The notes under the pieces were generated by a model. That model made no database searches, was not told where the DNA came from, and worked only from the letters and a program-made list of their open reading frames with translations. Shown piece by piece: positions 36,168-46,337 of a DNA stretch of 64,000 nucleotides. Origin of the DNA: a virus (lineage: Duplodnaviria; Caudoviricetes). The DNA lies in the IMG/VR virus record IMGVR_UViG_3300042892_002922, positions 96,001 through 160,000 of that record. One strand, written 5' to 3'. The position numbers and the translations under genes are program-made. Each line of letters starts with the position of its first letter. Position 1 is the stretch's first letter.

Positions 36168-36794
36168 ATGCTAGAAAAAAAACTCCTTGAAGAATTAAAC
36201 AGATTTAAAAGTATTAATAGAAATGCTTCAAATTTGAATGAACAGGAATTACCAGCGCCTCCACCACCAGCCGATCCTGCGGCGTCACTAACTCCAGCAC
36301 CAGAAGACGCTCCAGCAGCGGATTTAGGGGCACTTCCAGAAAATCCGGCGTTAGATGCTCCAGCAGCAGGCGGTGATACTGAAGAAGTCGATGTTACCGA
36401 ATTGGTTAACATGACAAAAAATATAAAAAATGACTTAGAATCGTCAAAAGGTGAAAATACCGCCGTTTTACAAAAAATGGATGACGCGTTCAGTAAGTTA
36501 GCTGATTTGGAAACAAAATTAGCGCAGATGGATCAGGTTTTATTAAAAATAGACGAATTAGGTTCTAAAATTGAATCAATGAAACCAACAACTCCACAAG
36601 AGAAATTGGAAATGCGTTCATTGGACTCATATCCTTTTAACCAAAAACCTAATGATTTTTTCTCAATGAAGCAAGCTGAAATGCAAGCATCAGGTAAAAA
36701 CGAATACGTTTTAACTAAAAATGACATTGAAAATTACTCTAAGGATGAAATAGCAAAAACATTCAACCCATTACAAGATGATACTCAATACTAG
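36168..36794 (+). CDS. Hypothetical acidic protein with Pro/Ala linker and coiled coil (possibly scaffold or internal head protein)
   Basis: N-terminal LLEELNRFK..LNEQ, a Pro/Ala-rich tract, and the heptad region MDDAFSKLADLETKLAQMDQVLLKIDEL. Confidence 0.7.
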   Translation: MLEKKLLEELNRFKSINRNASNLNEQELPAPPPPADPAASLTPAPEDAPAADLGALPENPALDAPAAGGDTEEVDVTELVNMTKNIKNDLESSKGENTAVLQKMDDAFSKLADLETKLAQMDQVLLKIDELGSKIESMKPTTPQEKLEMRSLDSYPFNQKPNDFFSMKQAEMQASGKNEYVLTKNDIENYSKDEIAKTFNPLQDDTQY

Positions 36795-37152
36795 TGTTCA
36801 AAAATTTTTAGAAATACAGGTCCAATTAAGAATATTACATTGGCAAACTAAAGGATATGCAAGACATATCGCATTTGGTAAAACATACTCAACATTAGAA
36901 GGTTTTATCGACACGTATGTTGAAACGGCTATGGGTAAACAAGGTAGATTTGTTTTGGAAGAGCAAGACAAGAATATTAGAATTGACAATTTAACGGATG
37001 TTAAAATTGTTGAATTTTTACAAAATATTAAAGGTTTTTTAATTTCATTAAGTAATGAATTAGAACCAACTAAAGATAGTGATTTGTTAAATATTAGAGA
37101 CGAAATGTTGGCAACAATAAACAAATTAGCTTACAAATTAACATTAGAATAA
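36778..37152 (+). CDS. Ferritin/Dps-like four-helix protein (DUF5856-type)
   Basis: LHWQT...RHIAFG..Y..L..FIDTYVE carries the His/His/Asp/Glu pattern of Dps-like metal sites. Confidence 0.65.
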   Translation: MILNTSVQKFLEIQVQLRILHWQTKGYARHIAFGKTYSTLEGFIDTYVETAMGKQGRFVLEEQDKNIRIDNLTDVKIVEFLQNIKGFLISLSNELEPTKDSDLLNIRDEMLATINKLAYKLTLE

Positions 37153-37164
37153 AATATATAGAAA

Positions 37165-37407
37165 ATGATATCAGGTTCATTAGCAACAACAAACACAGAT
37201 TCGACAAGAAGTTCATTATCATATGTGAATAATGTGATAACCGGCGCAACGTCTCAAGGACAGTACAATGCTTTTATTGACGAAAGAAGTATGGATGATA
37301 ATATGGCAAATGTGTTAAAAAACACTTATGGGTATAATGTCACTAAAAGAACGGATTCTATGGGTACTTTTGCGAACTACTTAATTAATTGGGGGGAACC
37401 TACCTAA
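37165..37407 (+). CDS. Hypothetical protein
   Basis: 80-aa ORF in operon context, followed by a terminator-like hairpin. Confidence 0.65.
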   Translation: MISGSLATTNTDSTRSSLSYVNNVITGATSQGQYNAFIDERSMDDNMANVLKNTYGYNVTKRTDSMGTFANYLINWGEPT

Positions 37408-37456
37408 GGTTCTAACACGCTATTTAGCTAAAAAAACGATTTTTATTAAAATAATT

Positions 37457-37485
37457 AACCTGGATTTTTTAATTCGGGTTTTTTT
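37457..37485 (+). terminator. Possible intrinsic terminator
   Basis: aacctgga-N8-ttcgggtt stem (two G-U pairs) followed by a T run. Confidence 0.5.
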
Positions 37486-37532
37486 ATTTATATTAGCTCA
37501 TAACAAAATTTATTCATTTAAAACGTAACATT

Positions 37533-38372
37533 ATGTCAGCATTAGATGCAATTCTCAACCAGTATGAGAAAAACAAACAACCAGCGGGAGCAGCCCAAAG
37601 AGTTAGTTCAGAAGAGAGATTGAAAAAGTATTTCGCACCCATCTTAACAAAAGGTGTGTCTTCTGGAGAAAAAAGAATCAGAATCATCCCAATGAAGGAT
37701 GGTACATCACCATTTAAAGAGGTATGGTTCCACGAAATCCAAGTGGATGGTAAGTGGGTTAAATTATATGACCCAGGAAAAAATGAAGGTAAGCGTTCAC
37801 CTTTAACCGAGGTAAACGAAGCACTTCGTAGCACAGGTAATGAAGCCGATAGAGAATTGGCTAAAAATTACAATCCTAAACGTTTTTATATCGTTAAAGT
37901 TATCGACAGAGATAATGAGCAAGACGGTGTTAAATTCTGGAGATTTAAGCACAACTCAAAAGGTGATGGTCCTCTAGATAAAATTGTGCCAATCATGCGC
38001 AATAAGGGCGATATTACAGACCCTAAAAATGGTCGTGACTTAGTTATTTCATTAACATTAACTAAGAAGCCAAGTGGCGGAGAATACACAACCATTTCAT
38101 CAATTTTCCCAGATGATGCTAGTCCAATCAGTACAAACGAAGGACAAGCAACAGAATGGTTAATGGATGATTTAACATGGGCAGACGCGTACTCTAAAAA
38201 GCCAGAAGAATATCTAGAAGGTGTTGCTAAGGGTTATACCCCAAAATGGAACACTGAAGAGAAGAAATGGGTTTATGGTGACGACGGACAAGTTGACTTG
38301 GGAGCGACTGAGACACAGAAATTAGTTGATCCACAAGACACTGATGAGGTAGACGAAGATTTACCGTTCTAA
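37533..38372 (+). CDS. Single-stranded DNA-binding protein (T4 gp32-like) with DEDLPF tail
   Basis: 'RIRIIP....PF.EVWFH.....W...Y...CP-like...RFYI.V......GVKFWRF...I..G.D..I' pattern; acidic C-terminus; adjacent to RecA. Confidence 0.8.
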   Translation: MSALDAILNQYEKNKQPAGAAQRVSSEERLKKYFAPILTKGVSSGEKRIRIIPMKDGTSPFKEVWFHEIQVDGKWVKLYDPGKNEGKRSPLTEVNEALRSTGNEADRELAKNYNPKRFYIVKVIDRDNEQDGVKFWRFKHNSKGDGPLDKIVPIMRNKGDITDPKNGRDLVISLTLTKKPSGGEYTTISSIFPDDASPISTNEGQATEWLMDDLTWADAYSKKPEEYLEGVAKGYTPKWNTEEKKWVYGDDGQVDLGATETQKLVDPQDTDEVDEDLPF

Positions 38373-38382
38373 TTAAGATGTT

Positions 38383-38432
38383 GAGGGCCCTTGTCAAATT
38401 TTAATCTAAGGGAGACAAGGGTCCCTCTTTTT
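38383..38432 (+). terminator. Intrinsic terminator-like hairpin after the SSB gene
   Basis: gagggcccttgtc ... gacaaggg(t)ccctc followed by TTTTT. Confidence 0.65.
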
Positions 38433-38445
38433 AAAAAAAAATATT

Positions 38446-39456
38446 ATGGCAATTAAGAAAAACGATTTTTCAGCAATAAAGAAAAAATTCTCAAAAGAGG
38501 CGTCATTTAAGCCAGATAGATTCTTTGATCTTGGTGACGCATTCTCAGACGCAGTAGGTATACCTGGACCAGCTATGGGGCATTTAAACATGCTTCTAGG
38601 GCATTCTGATACTGGTAAGACAACAGCATTGGTAAAAACGGCGGTAGATGCACAAAAGAAAGGTATATTACCAGTGTTTATCATTACAGAACAAAAATGG
38701 GATTTTCCACACGCAAAACTTATGGGTTTTGAAGTTGAAGAAAGCATTGACAAGGAAACTGGAGATAAGACATTTGATGGATTTTTCTTATTTAACAATC
38801 ACTTTGAATACATTGAACAAATTACTGATTATATTGGTGAATTATTAGATGCACAAGATAAAGGTGAATTGGATTACGATTTATGTTTCCTTTGGGATTC
38901 GGTAGGGTCAGTTCCATGTAAGATGACTTTTGATGGTAAAGGTGGTGCACAACATAACGCCAGAGTATTATCAGATAAAATTGGTCAAGGAATTAATCAA
39001 AGAATTTCAGGTTCAAGAAGAAGTGATAAGAAATTTACAAACACACTAATTATAGTAAACCAACCTTGGGTAGAGTTACCAGATAATCCATTTGGTCAAC
39101 CTAAAATTAAAGCTAAAGGTGGCGAAGCCATCTGGTTAAACTCAACATTAGTTTTCCGTTTTGGTAATGAAAAAAATGCCGGCACAACTAAGATTGCTAT
39201 CACTAAAGATGGTAGAAAAGTTAAAATGGCTGTAAGAACTAAAATCTCAATTATGAAAAACCACGTAAATGGTTTAGGATATGAGGATGGTAAGATTATT
39301 GTTACAGCACATGGTTTTATGCCGGGTAAGTCAGAACCAGAAGAGAAGAAAAGTATTGAAGAATACAAAAAAGATTATGGTAACTATATTAGTGAAAGAT
39401 TAGAAGTTAGTATTGACGAAATTTCTAAACTAAAAGTTGTCACAGAAGAGGAATAG
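38446..39456 (+). CDS. recA: RecA/UvsX-like recombinase
   Basis: Walker A GHSDTGKT, Walker B LWDSVGS, IIVNQ, and GGEAIW...S. Confidence 0.88.
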   Translation: MAIKKNDFSAIKKKFSKEASFKPDRFFDLGDAFSDAVGIPGPAMGHLNMLLGHSDTGKTTALVKTAVDAQKKGILPVFIITEQKWDFPHAKLMGFEVEESIDKETGDKTFDGFFLFNNHFEYIEQITDYIGELLDAQDKGELDYDLCFLWDSVGSVPCKMTFDGKGGAQHNARVLSDKIGQGINQRISGSRRSDKKFTNTLIIVNQPWVELPDNPFGQPKIKAKGGEAIWLNSTLVFRFGNEKNAGTTKIAITKDGRKVKMAVRTKISIMKNHVNGLGYEDGKIIVTAHGFMPGKSEPEEKKSIEEYKKDYGNYISERLEVSIDEISKLKVVTEEE

Positions 39457-39484
39457 TTTTTTAACATTATAATTTAAATTTTAA

Positions 39485-40498
39485 ATGTCTGTACTGCTTG
39501 TTGATGGTGACAATTTACTTACGATTGGTTTTTTTGGTGTCAAAAATTACTTCTATAAGGGAAAACATATTGGAGGAATTTATCATTTTCTCAATACTCT
39601 TAGAAAATCATTTGAGACATACCACCTAGACAAGATATGCGTTTTTTGGGATGGTGCCGACAGTGCCGCCACTCGGAAAAAAATTTACCACTTATACAAA
39701 GACACAAGAAGAAGTAACAGATGGACGGATGAAGCACAAAGTTCATACGGTTATCAAAGAGTTCGAATTAAACAATATCTAGAAGAGTTATACGTACGCC
39801 AAGGCGAATATCAAAATTGCGAATCAGATGATTGTATTGCCTATTATTCACAAAATTCACCCAAAGAGAAAAAAATCATCTATTCATCAGATAGGGATTT
39901 AGCACAATTAGTTTCAGTTGATACTGATTTATATAATCCAGCACATGGCAAAATATATAAACCAGGGGATAATATTGAATACGACCATGAAACAATCTTA
40001 ATTGAAAATGTTAAAATTGTAAAAATGCTGTGCGGAGACCCATCTGATAACATATTTGGTATTAGAAACTTAGGACTGAAAAGGATGATTGGGTTATTTC
40101 CTGAAATGCAAACAAAAATTTTAACACTTAACGAGGTTAGAACTAAAGCAGAAGAAATATGGCAAGTGGATAAACACAACAAAACCTTACAGAATTTACT
40201 TACTGGTGTTAGCAAATTAGGGGTACTAGGTGAAGAATTTTTCGAAACAAATGAAAAAATAGTTGATTTAACGGAACCAATATTAACTGATGATGCGAAA
40301 ACGCAAATACTTGACTTAATAAATGAAACATTGGATTCCGAAGGGCGATCATATAAAAATACTATGAAAATGATGATGGATGACGGGATGTTCACCGTAT
40401 TACCCAAACAAGAAGACGCCTGGATAAAATTTCTAAACCCCTTTCTGAGGTTAACCAGAAAAGAAAAAAATAAAAAAATAATAAAATTTAAAATTTAA
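39485..40498 (+). CDS. 5'-3' exonuclease / flap endonuclease (PolI N-terminal, T4 RNase H-like)
   Basis: LLVDGDNL, VFWDG, YK..R, ESDDCIA, SSDRDL.QL and GDPSDNI.G. Confidence 0.92.
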   Translation: MSVLLVDGDNLLTIGFFGVKNYFYKGKHIGGIYHFLNTLRKSFETYHLDKICVFWDGADSAATRKKIYHLYKDTRRSNRWTDEAQSSYGYQRVRIKQYLEELYVRQGEYQNCESDDCIAYYSQNSPKEKKIIYSSDRDLAQLVSVDTDLYNPAHGKIYKPGDNIEYDHETILIENVKIVKMLCGDPSDNIFGIRNLGLKRMIGLFPEMQTKILTLNEVRTKAEEIWQVDKHNKTLQNLLTGVSKLGVLGEEFFETNEKIVDLTEPILTDDAKTQILDLINETLDSEGRSYKNTMKMMMDDGMFTVLPKQEDAWIKFLNPFLRLTRKEKNKKIIKFKI

Positions 40499-40501
40499 AA
40501 C

Positions 40502-40945
40502 ATGAACATCCAAGAACAAAACAAATTTGAATTCCTTTTGACGTTGGACAATAACATCATCTGCCAAAGATTTTTTAATGTCCACGACTATAACCCAGTT
40601 AGTAGACGGTCTATGGACCTGCACTATTATATACAAGATATTTGTGTAGAAATTAGTGAGGATTTAAAAATAAAAAGTTCCAATTATTTGGTTGAAAATC
40701 AAAATTATATCCTGAATTCGACATACGTGGAAGACCCAAAAGAAACCGAAGAACAATACTTTTTGTTACAAGTGAAACAAGGTAACGATGTATTTATTGA
40801 AAGGATTTTCCTTGCGAGTGTGTTCCATCCAAAAGTGAGATACTCGGTTGACATTAGACCAAATTTGAGAAGAATTTTATCTGATTTAACTGACATAATG
40901 TCAAGAGAAGACCTAGAAACGGTATATCTACAGTATGAACTGTAA
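40502..40945 (+). CDS. Hypothetical protein
   Basis: 147-aa ORF within the replication operon. Confidence 0.8.
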   Translation: MNIQEQNKFEFLLTLDNNIICQRFFNVHDYNPVSRRSMDLHYYIQDICVEISEDLKIKSSNYLVENQNYILNSTYVEDPKETEEQYFLLQVKQGNDVFIERIFLASVFHPKVRYSVDIRPNLRRILSDLTDIMSREDLETVYLQYEL

Positions 40946-40981
40946 GATATAGTTATTTAATTTAATTTAAAAAAAAAGATT

Positions 40982-42367
40982 ATGTCGAAAGAAATGAATT
41001 TTGGTTATTTGGGTCCTAGATTCCAACAATCATTATTAAAAACAATTATTGAAGATAAAAAATTCGGTGATTCAATTGTTGAAGTTATCGAAAGCAACTA
41101 CTTTGATGGTGTGTATTTTAGAGTGATTATGGAACATATTAAAGAGTTGTATATAACCTTAAATTCAATACCAGCTTATGAAACTATTAAAAATAAAATT
41201 TTAATTGAAACAAAAGAAGGTTCATCGTCTTCTAAAGTTATTATTGACACATTAAGTGATATTCAAACTATAGAAATTAACGATGCATTGCACATTCAAG
41301 GCAGTGCCCTTAATTTCTGTAAACAACAAGTGTTAAAGAAAGCATTAAAAGAAGTTGAGGCGATAACTAATGACGGTGAATTTGAAGCATACAAAAGAAT
41401 TGAAAATATTATTCAAAAAGCACTACAGGTTGGTGTGATTGATCATGATATGACAGATATTTTTGACGATGTCATGTCGGCATTACAAAAAGATTGTAGA
41501 ACCGCTATACCAACAGGTGTTGTGGGCGTTGATAACTTATTAAAGGGTGGTCTAGGTAGAGGTGAGTTAGGTGTGGTATTAGCACCAACAGGTACTGGTA
41601 AAACAACGTTACTAACCAAGTTTGCGAACGCAGCGTTTAATAATGATTTTAATGTTGTTCAAATATTTTTTGAGGATAACGTCAATAATATTAAAAGAAA
41701 GCATTTTACAATTTGGTCTGGGATTGCGCCAGACGACCAAACAGAAGTTCCTGAAGAGGTTGAAAAAAGAGTTAATGAAGCCAAAGAAAGGTCTAAAGGT
41801 CAAATTAGGTTATTAAAATTACCTAGTGATTCTGTAACCGTTAGTGAAATTAAATCTAAATTAAGAAAGATGATTGCCGATGGTTTTAAAATAGATTTAT
41901 TAACACTGGACTATGTTGATTGTATTTCACCAGAAAGAAGTGCATTTGGTGAAGAATGGAAAGGTGAAGGTGCTATTATGAGACAATTGGAATCGATGAC
42001 TTCTGAGTTTGATATTGCAATCTGGACTGCAACACAAGGTAATAGAGAATCAATTAAAAGCGAAGTAGTTACAACGGACCAAATGGGTGGTTCTATTAAG
42101 AAAGCACAAATTGGTCACGTAGTTTTATCTATTGGTAAAACATTACAACAAAAAGAATTAAATTTGGCAACTCTTACATTGTTAAAATCTAGAGTTGGTA
42201 GAGATGGTGTTATATTTGATAACTGCCACTTTAACAATGAGTATTTAACGATTGATACTGATTCACAAAGCACTATGCTTGGTTTTGAACAAGACAAAGA
42301 AGAAAAAAACAAGCAAAGAATTAGAAAACTATTAGACGAGAAAACAAAAACTCGCGTAACTAACTAA
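40982..42367 (+). CDS. Replicative DnaB-like helicase (T4 gp41-like)
   Basis: Walker A APTGTGKT, LDYVD, WTATQGNR and KSR.G. Confidence 0.92.
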   Translation: MSKEMNFGYLGPRFQQSLLKTIIEDKKFGDSIVEVIESNYFDGVYFRVIMEHIKELYITLNSIPAYETIKNKILIETKEGSSSSKVIIDTLSDIQTIEINDALHIQGSALNFCKQQVLKKALKEVEAITNDGEFEAYKRIENIIQKALQVGVIDHDMTDIFDDVMSALQKDCRTAIPTGVVGVDNLLKGGLGRGELGVVLAPTGTGKTTLLTKFANAAFNNDFNVVQIFFEDNVNNIKRKHFTIWSGIAPDDQTEVPEEVEKRVNEAKERSKGQIRLLKLPSDSVTVSEIKSKLRKMIADGFKIDLLTLDYVDCISPERSAFGEEWKGEGAIMRQLESMTSEFDIAIWTATQGNRESIKSEVVTTDQMGGSIKKAQIGHVVLSIGKTLQQKELNLATLTLLKSRVGRDGVIFDNCHFNNEYLTIDTDSQSTMLGFEQDKEEKNKQRIRKLLDEKTKTRVTN

Positions 42368-42381
42368 AAAAACAATAAATT

Positions 42382-43356
42382 ATGGTAGAGAAAATTTTGG
42401 TTGAAAACCCAAACCGATTTGTTTTGTTCCCAATAGAACATGAGGATATTTGGAAATTGTACAAACAACAAGAAGCGTGTATTTGGACAGCAGAAGAGAT
42501 TGATTTAGGTCAAGATATTACTGACTGGGAGCATAAACTTAATAATGATGAACAACATTTTATTAAGAATGTGTTGGCATTTTTTGCGGCATCGGATGGT
42601 ATTGTTAATGAGAATTTAGCAATGAACTTCGTAAATGAGGTTCAATATACTGAAGCAAAATTTTTCTACGGATTTCAAATAATGATGGAAAATATCCATA
42701 GTGAAACATATTCATTATTGATTGACACATACATTAAAGATAGAGAAGAACAAATGCATCTTTTCCGTGCAGTAGATACAATCCCAGCAATTAAAAAGAA
42801 AGCTGATTGGGCTATTAAATGGATTAATTCTGAATCTTTTGTTGAAAGATTAGTTGCGTTTGCGGCTGTTGAAGGTATCTTTTTTTCGGGTTCATTTTGT
42901 TCTATCTTTTGGTTAAAAAAGAGAGGTCTAATGCCTGGATTAACATTCTCCAATGAATTAATTTCTAGAGACGAAGGTATGCATTGTGATTTTGCTTGTC
43001 ATTTATACAACAGTCATATTGAGAAAAAAATACCTGAAAAGAAACTTAAAGAAATCATTGTTAGCGCATTAGAAATTGAGAAGGAATTTATATTAGAGGC
43101 GTTACCTGTTAGATTAATCGGTATGAACTCAGATTTAATGTCTCAGTATCTTGAATTTGTCACAGACAGGTTATTAGTTGCTTTAGGTTGTTCTAAAGTA
43201 TACAACGTAGCGAATCCATTTGACTTCATGGAGAATATCGCTATTCAAGGTAAAACCAATTTCTTTGAAAAAAGAGTTGCTGAGTACCAAAAAGCAGGAG
43301 TACATAATAAAGCTGAAGAAGAACTTGACAGCGCATTTTCTGACATGGATTTTTAA
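42382..43356 (+). CDS. nrdB: Ribonucleotide reductase class Ia beta subunit
   Basis: [21 protein letters not shown] (radical Tyr), [15 protein letters not shown] and NFFEKRV.EY. Confidence 0.97.
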   Translation: MVEKILVENPNRFVLFPIEHEDIWKLYKQQEACIWTAEEIDLGQDITDWEHKLNNDEQHFIKNVLAFFAASDGIVNENLAMNFVNEVQYTEAKFFYGFQIMMENIHSETYSLLIDTYIKDREEQMHLFRAVDTIPAIKKKADWAIKWINSESFVERLVAFAAVEGIFFSGSFCSIFWLKKRGLMPGLTFSNELISRDEGMHCDFACHLYNSHIEKKIPEKKLKEIIVSALEIEKEFILEALPVRLIGMNSDLMSQYLEFVTDRLLVALGCSKVYNVANPFDFMENIAIQGKTNFFEKRVAEYQKAGVHNKAEEELDSAFSDMDF

Positions 43357-43367
43357 AATAATAAAAA

Positions 43368-45779
43368 ATGAAGGTAAAAAAAAGAAACGGTGAATTAGAA
43401 GAAATGAGATATGACAAAATTACTAAAAGAATTAGTGCCCTTTGTCATGACTTAAATTTGGAATATATTGACCCAACATACATCACTCTTAAAGTAACGC
43501 AAGGGATATATGATGGAATTAGTACATTAGAGTTAGATAAACTAGCGGCTGAAACCGCCGCATCAATGACAACAACTCATCCAGATTACGCAAAATTAGC
43601 TGGTAGAATTGCTGTTTCAAATTTACATAAATCAACACCAAATAAATTTTCACAATGTATTAAACAATTATATTCTTTCAATGAACCTAAAACTGGAAAA
43701 GAATCATCATTGATTTCAAAAAATCTATATGATTTTGTTTTGGAAAACAAAGAAGTAATTGACTCAGCGATTGATATCGAAAGGGATTTAGATTTTGATT
43801 TTTTTGGGATTAAAACTTTAGAAAGATCATACCTATTAAAGATTGGCGAAAAAATAGTTGAAAGACCACAGTATCTTTATATGCGAGTTGCTATGGGTAT
43901 TTGTAATGGTGATTTAGAAATGGGCTTAAGGATCTATGATGATTTGTCTACTCATTTATATACACACGCAACACCAACATTGTTTAATGCCGGAACACCA
44001 AAGGCACAAATGTCATCATGTTTCTTATTAGCGAATAAAGATGACAGTATCGAGGGGTTGTTTTCAACAATTAAAGACGTTGCACACATATCTAAATGGG
44101 CCGGTGGTATTGGATTACACGTTCACAATGTTAGAGCAAAGGGTGCGTATATAAAGGGTACAGGCGGTGAATCTGATGGCTTAATCCCTATGATGAAGAC
44201 ATACAATGAAATTGCTCGTTGGATTAATCAAGGTGGTAAACGTAAAGGTTCATTTGCAATTTATTTAGAACCTTGGCATTCAGACGTTTTTGAATTTATT
44301 GAATTAAGAAAAAATACTGGTAAAGAAGAGATGCGTGCTAGAGATTTATTTTTAGCAATGTGGACTCCAGATTTATTCATGAAGCGAGTTGAGGAAGATG
44401 GTGATTGGTCACTATTCACACCAGACGAAGCTCCAGGTTTATCTGATACATATGATACACCAGAAGAAAAGAACTTTACAAAATTATATGAACAATACGA
44501 ACAAGAAGGTAGAGCGCGTAAAGTTGTAAAGGCAAGAAAATTGATGGATAAGATTTTAGAAGCGCAAATGGAAACAGGTACACCTTACATGTTGTACAAA
44601 GACCCTGCAAATTATAAATCAAACCAAAAGAATTTAGGTACAATCAAGTCATCTAACTTATGTACTGAAATTATCGAATATTCATCTGCCGATGAACAAG
44701 CGGTTTGTAATTTAGCGTCAATCGCTTTACCAAAATATATTATTAATGGTGAGTTCAATCATGAATTATTATATGAAACTACTAAGCAAATTGTTAGGAA
44801 CTTAAACAATGTGATTGATTTAAATTATTACCCGACAGAAGAAACTAAACGTTCTAACTTTAGACACAGACCAGTAGGTTTAGGTATTCAAGGTTTAGCA
44901 GATATTTTCTGTTTGTTAGGTATTGCATTTGAAAGTGAATTGGCGGATAAAATCCAAGTGGAAATTTTTGAAACAATTTATTTTGCTGCACTAACATCTT
45001 CAATGGAGATAGCACAAAAAGAAGGTGCTTATGAAACATTTGAAGGATCACCTTTATCTCAAGGTATTTTACAATATCAAATGTGGGGTAAAACTGATAA
45101 GGACACTTCAGGTAGATGGGACTGGAAATCACTAAGAAAAGAAATCATCAAATTTGGTGTTAGAAACTCGTTATTAGTTGCACCTATGCCAACGGCATCT
45201 ACAGCACAAATTTTGGGTAACAATGAAGCGTTTGAACCATTCACAACAAATCTTTACTTGAGAAGAACTTTAAGTGGAGAATTTGTTGTAATTAACAAAC
45301 ATTTAGTAAAAGATTTATTAAAGATTGGTATGTGGAACGATACCATCAAAAATAAATTAATTATGGAAAATGGTTCTGTTCAAAATATCCCAGAAATTCC
45401 TACAGAATTAAAAGAGATATATAAAACCGTTTGGGAAATGTCACAAAAAAGAATTATCCAAATGGCTGCAAATCGCGCTGTTTATATTGACCAATCACAA
45501 TCTATGAATTTATTTATGGACAATGTGACAAAACCAAAATTATTGGCGGCACACATTTATGGTTGGAAAATGGGTTTAAAAACCGGAATGTATTATTTAA
45601 GAACTCGTTCAGCGGTAGATGCTATAAAAAGTTTAGGGGTGGATATTTCAGCCACAACACCAAAACCAGAACCAGTGCAAGCACAAACGACGAATTCAAT
45701 ACATTTTGAACAAAACGATGCAACCTTGACAGCAAAACCAGACGATTCACCATTTGAATGTGTTGGTTGTGGTTCATAA
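43368..45779 (+). CDS. nrdA: Ribonucleotide reductase class Ia alpha subunit with ATP cone
   Basis: N-terminal VKKRNG..E ATP cone, SSCF, SNLCTEI, VCNLAS, PTASTAQI, TGMYYLRT and C-terminal CVGC. Confidence 0.97.
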   Translation: MKVKKRNGELEEMRYDKITKRISALCHDLNLEYIDPTYITLKVTQGIYDGISTLELDKLAAETAASMTTTHPDYAKLAGRIAVSNLHKSTPNKFSQCIKQLYSFNEPKTGKESSLISKNLYDFVLENKEVIDSAIDIERDLDFDFFGIKTLERSYLLKIGEKIVERPQYLYMRVAMGICNGDLEMGLRIYDDLSTHLYTHATPTLFNAGTPKAQMSSCFLLANKDDSIEGLFSTIKDVAHISKWAGGIGLHVHNVRAKGAYIKGTGGESDGLIPMMKTYNEIARWINQGGKRKGSFAIYLEPWHSDVFEFIELRKNTGKEEMRARDLFLAMWTPDLFMKRVEEDGDWSLFTPDEAPGLSDTYDTPEEKNFTKLYEQYEQEGRARKVVKARKLMDKILEAQMETGTPYMLYKDPANYKSNQKNLGTIKSSNLCTEIIEYSSADEQAVCNLASIALPKYIINGEFNHELLYETTKQIVRNLNNVIDLNYYPTEETKRSNFRHRPVGLGIQGLADIFCLLGIAFESELADKIQVEIFETIYFAALTSSMEIAQKEGAYETFEGSPLSQGILQYQMWGKTDKDTSGRWDWKSLRKEIIKFGVRNSLLVAPMPTASTAQILGNNEAFEPFTTNLYLRRTLSGEFVVINKHLVKDLLKIGMWNDTIKNKLIMENGSVQNIPEIPTELKEIYKTVWEMSQKRIIQMAANRAVYIDQSQSMNLFMDNVTKPKLLAAHIYGWKMGLKTGMYYLRTRSAVDAIKSLGVDISATTPKPEPVQAQTTNSIHFEQNDATLTAKPDDSPFECVGCGS

Positions 45780-45810
45780 TATAATGGGTGGCACCTAAAA
45801 AGTCACAATT

Positions 45811-45847
45811 ATCGCGACATTTTTTAATAAAGTGTCGCGATTTTTTA
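45811..45847 (+). terminator. Intrinsic terminator after nrdA
   Basis: atcgcgacatttt / aaagtgtcgcgat 13-bp stem (one G-U pair) followed by a T run. Confidence 0.75.
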
Positions 45848-45883
45848 TTTATTACCATTTCGGTATTCTTTATATTTATTGGT

Positions 45884-46336
45884 ATGGCAACATCCTATGG
45901 TATAGATTTCCCATTTAGGGATAGTATGGTCGGTGACTTTGTTAGAATGACAAAAACCCCCGAGCAAGAGATTAGAGCGAATCTAATACACCTTATATTA
46001 ACAAAGAGGGGTACTAGATATTTTTTACCTGATTTTGGTACTAGAATTTATGAATATATTTTTGACCAAAATGATGTTATCACCTTTAACCATATTGAAG
46101 ACGAAATAAGAGAATCGGTAAAAAAATACATTCCAAATTTAGATATAAATTCAATAAAGGTTGTTAACGCTGAAAATGATCCAGATGAACAGGTTAGTGT
46201 TAGTGAAGATGAAGATAGTCGATTATTTAGAACATCTGATTCATCAAACAAACCTTATACAGCAAAAGTAAGAATTGATTATACAGTAAATAATGGGGCA
46301 TTTGGTTCAAGTGATTTTATAATTATTAACATATAA
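45884..46336 (+). CDS. Baseplate wedge protein gp25-like (start revised to 45884)
   Basis: MATSYGIDFPF...IRANL..LILTKRGTRYFLPDFGT.IYEYIF...I.E..KKYIP. The upstream in-frame extension overlaps the nrdA terminator, and TATTTAT lies just before 45884. Confidence 0.85.
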   Translation: MATSYGIDFPFRDSMVGDFVRMTKTPEQEIRANLIHLILTKRGTRYFLPDFGTRIYEYIFDQNDVITFNHIEDEIRESVKKYIPNLDINSIKVVNAENDPDEQVSVSEDEDSRLFRTSDSSNKPYTAKVRIDYTVNNGAFGSSDFIIINI

Positions 46337-46337
46337 G

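Noticed and set aside
42368-42381. NrdR box or riboswitch upstream of nrdB/nrdA
   Set aside because: The intergenic gaps are only 11-14 nt, and no consensus or structure is visible.
45788-45883. 32-aa N-terminal extension of the gp25-like ORF given by the ORF track
   Set aside because: It runs through the nrdA terminator hairpin. The ATG at 45884 has the upstream TATTTAT motif and begins the recognisable domain.
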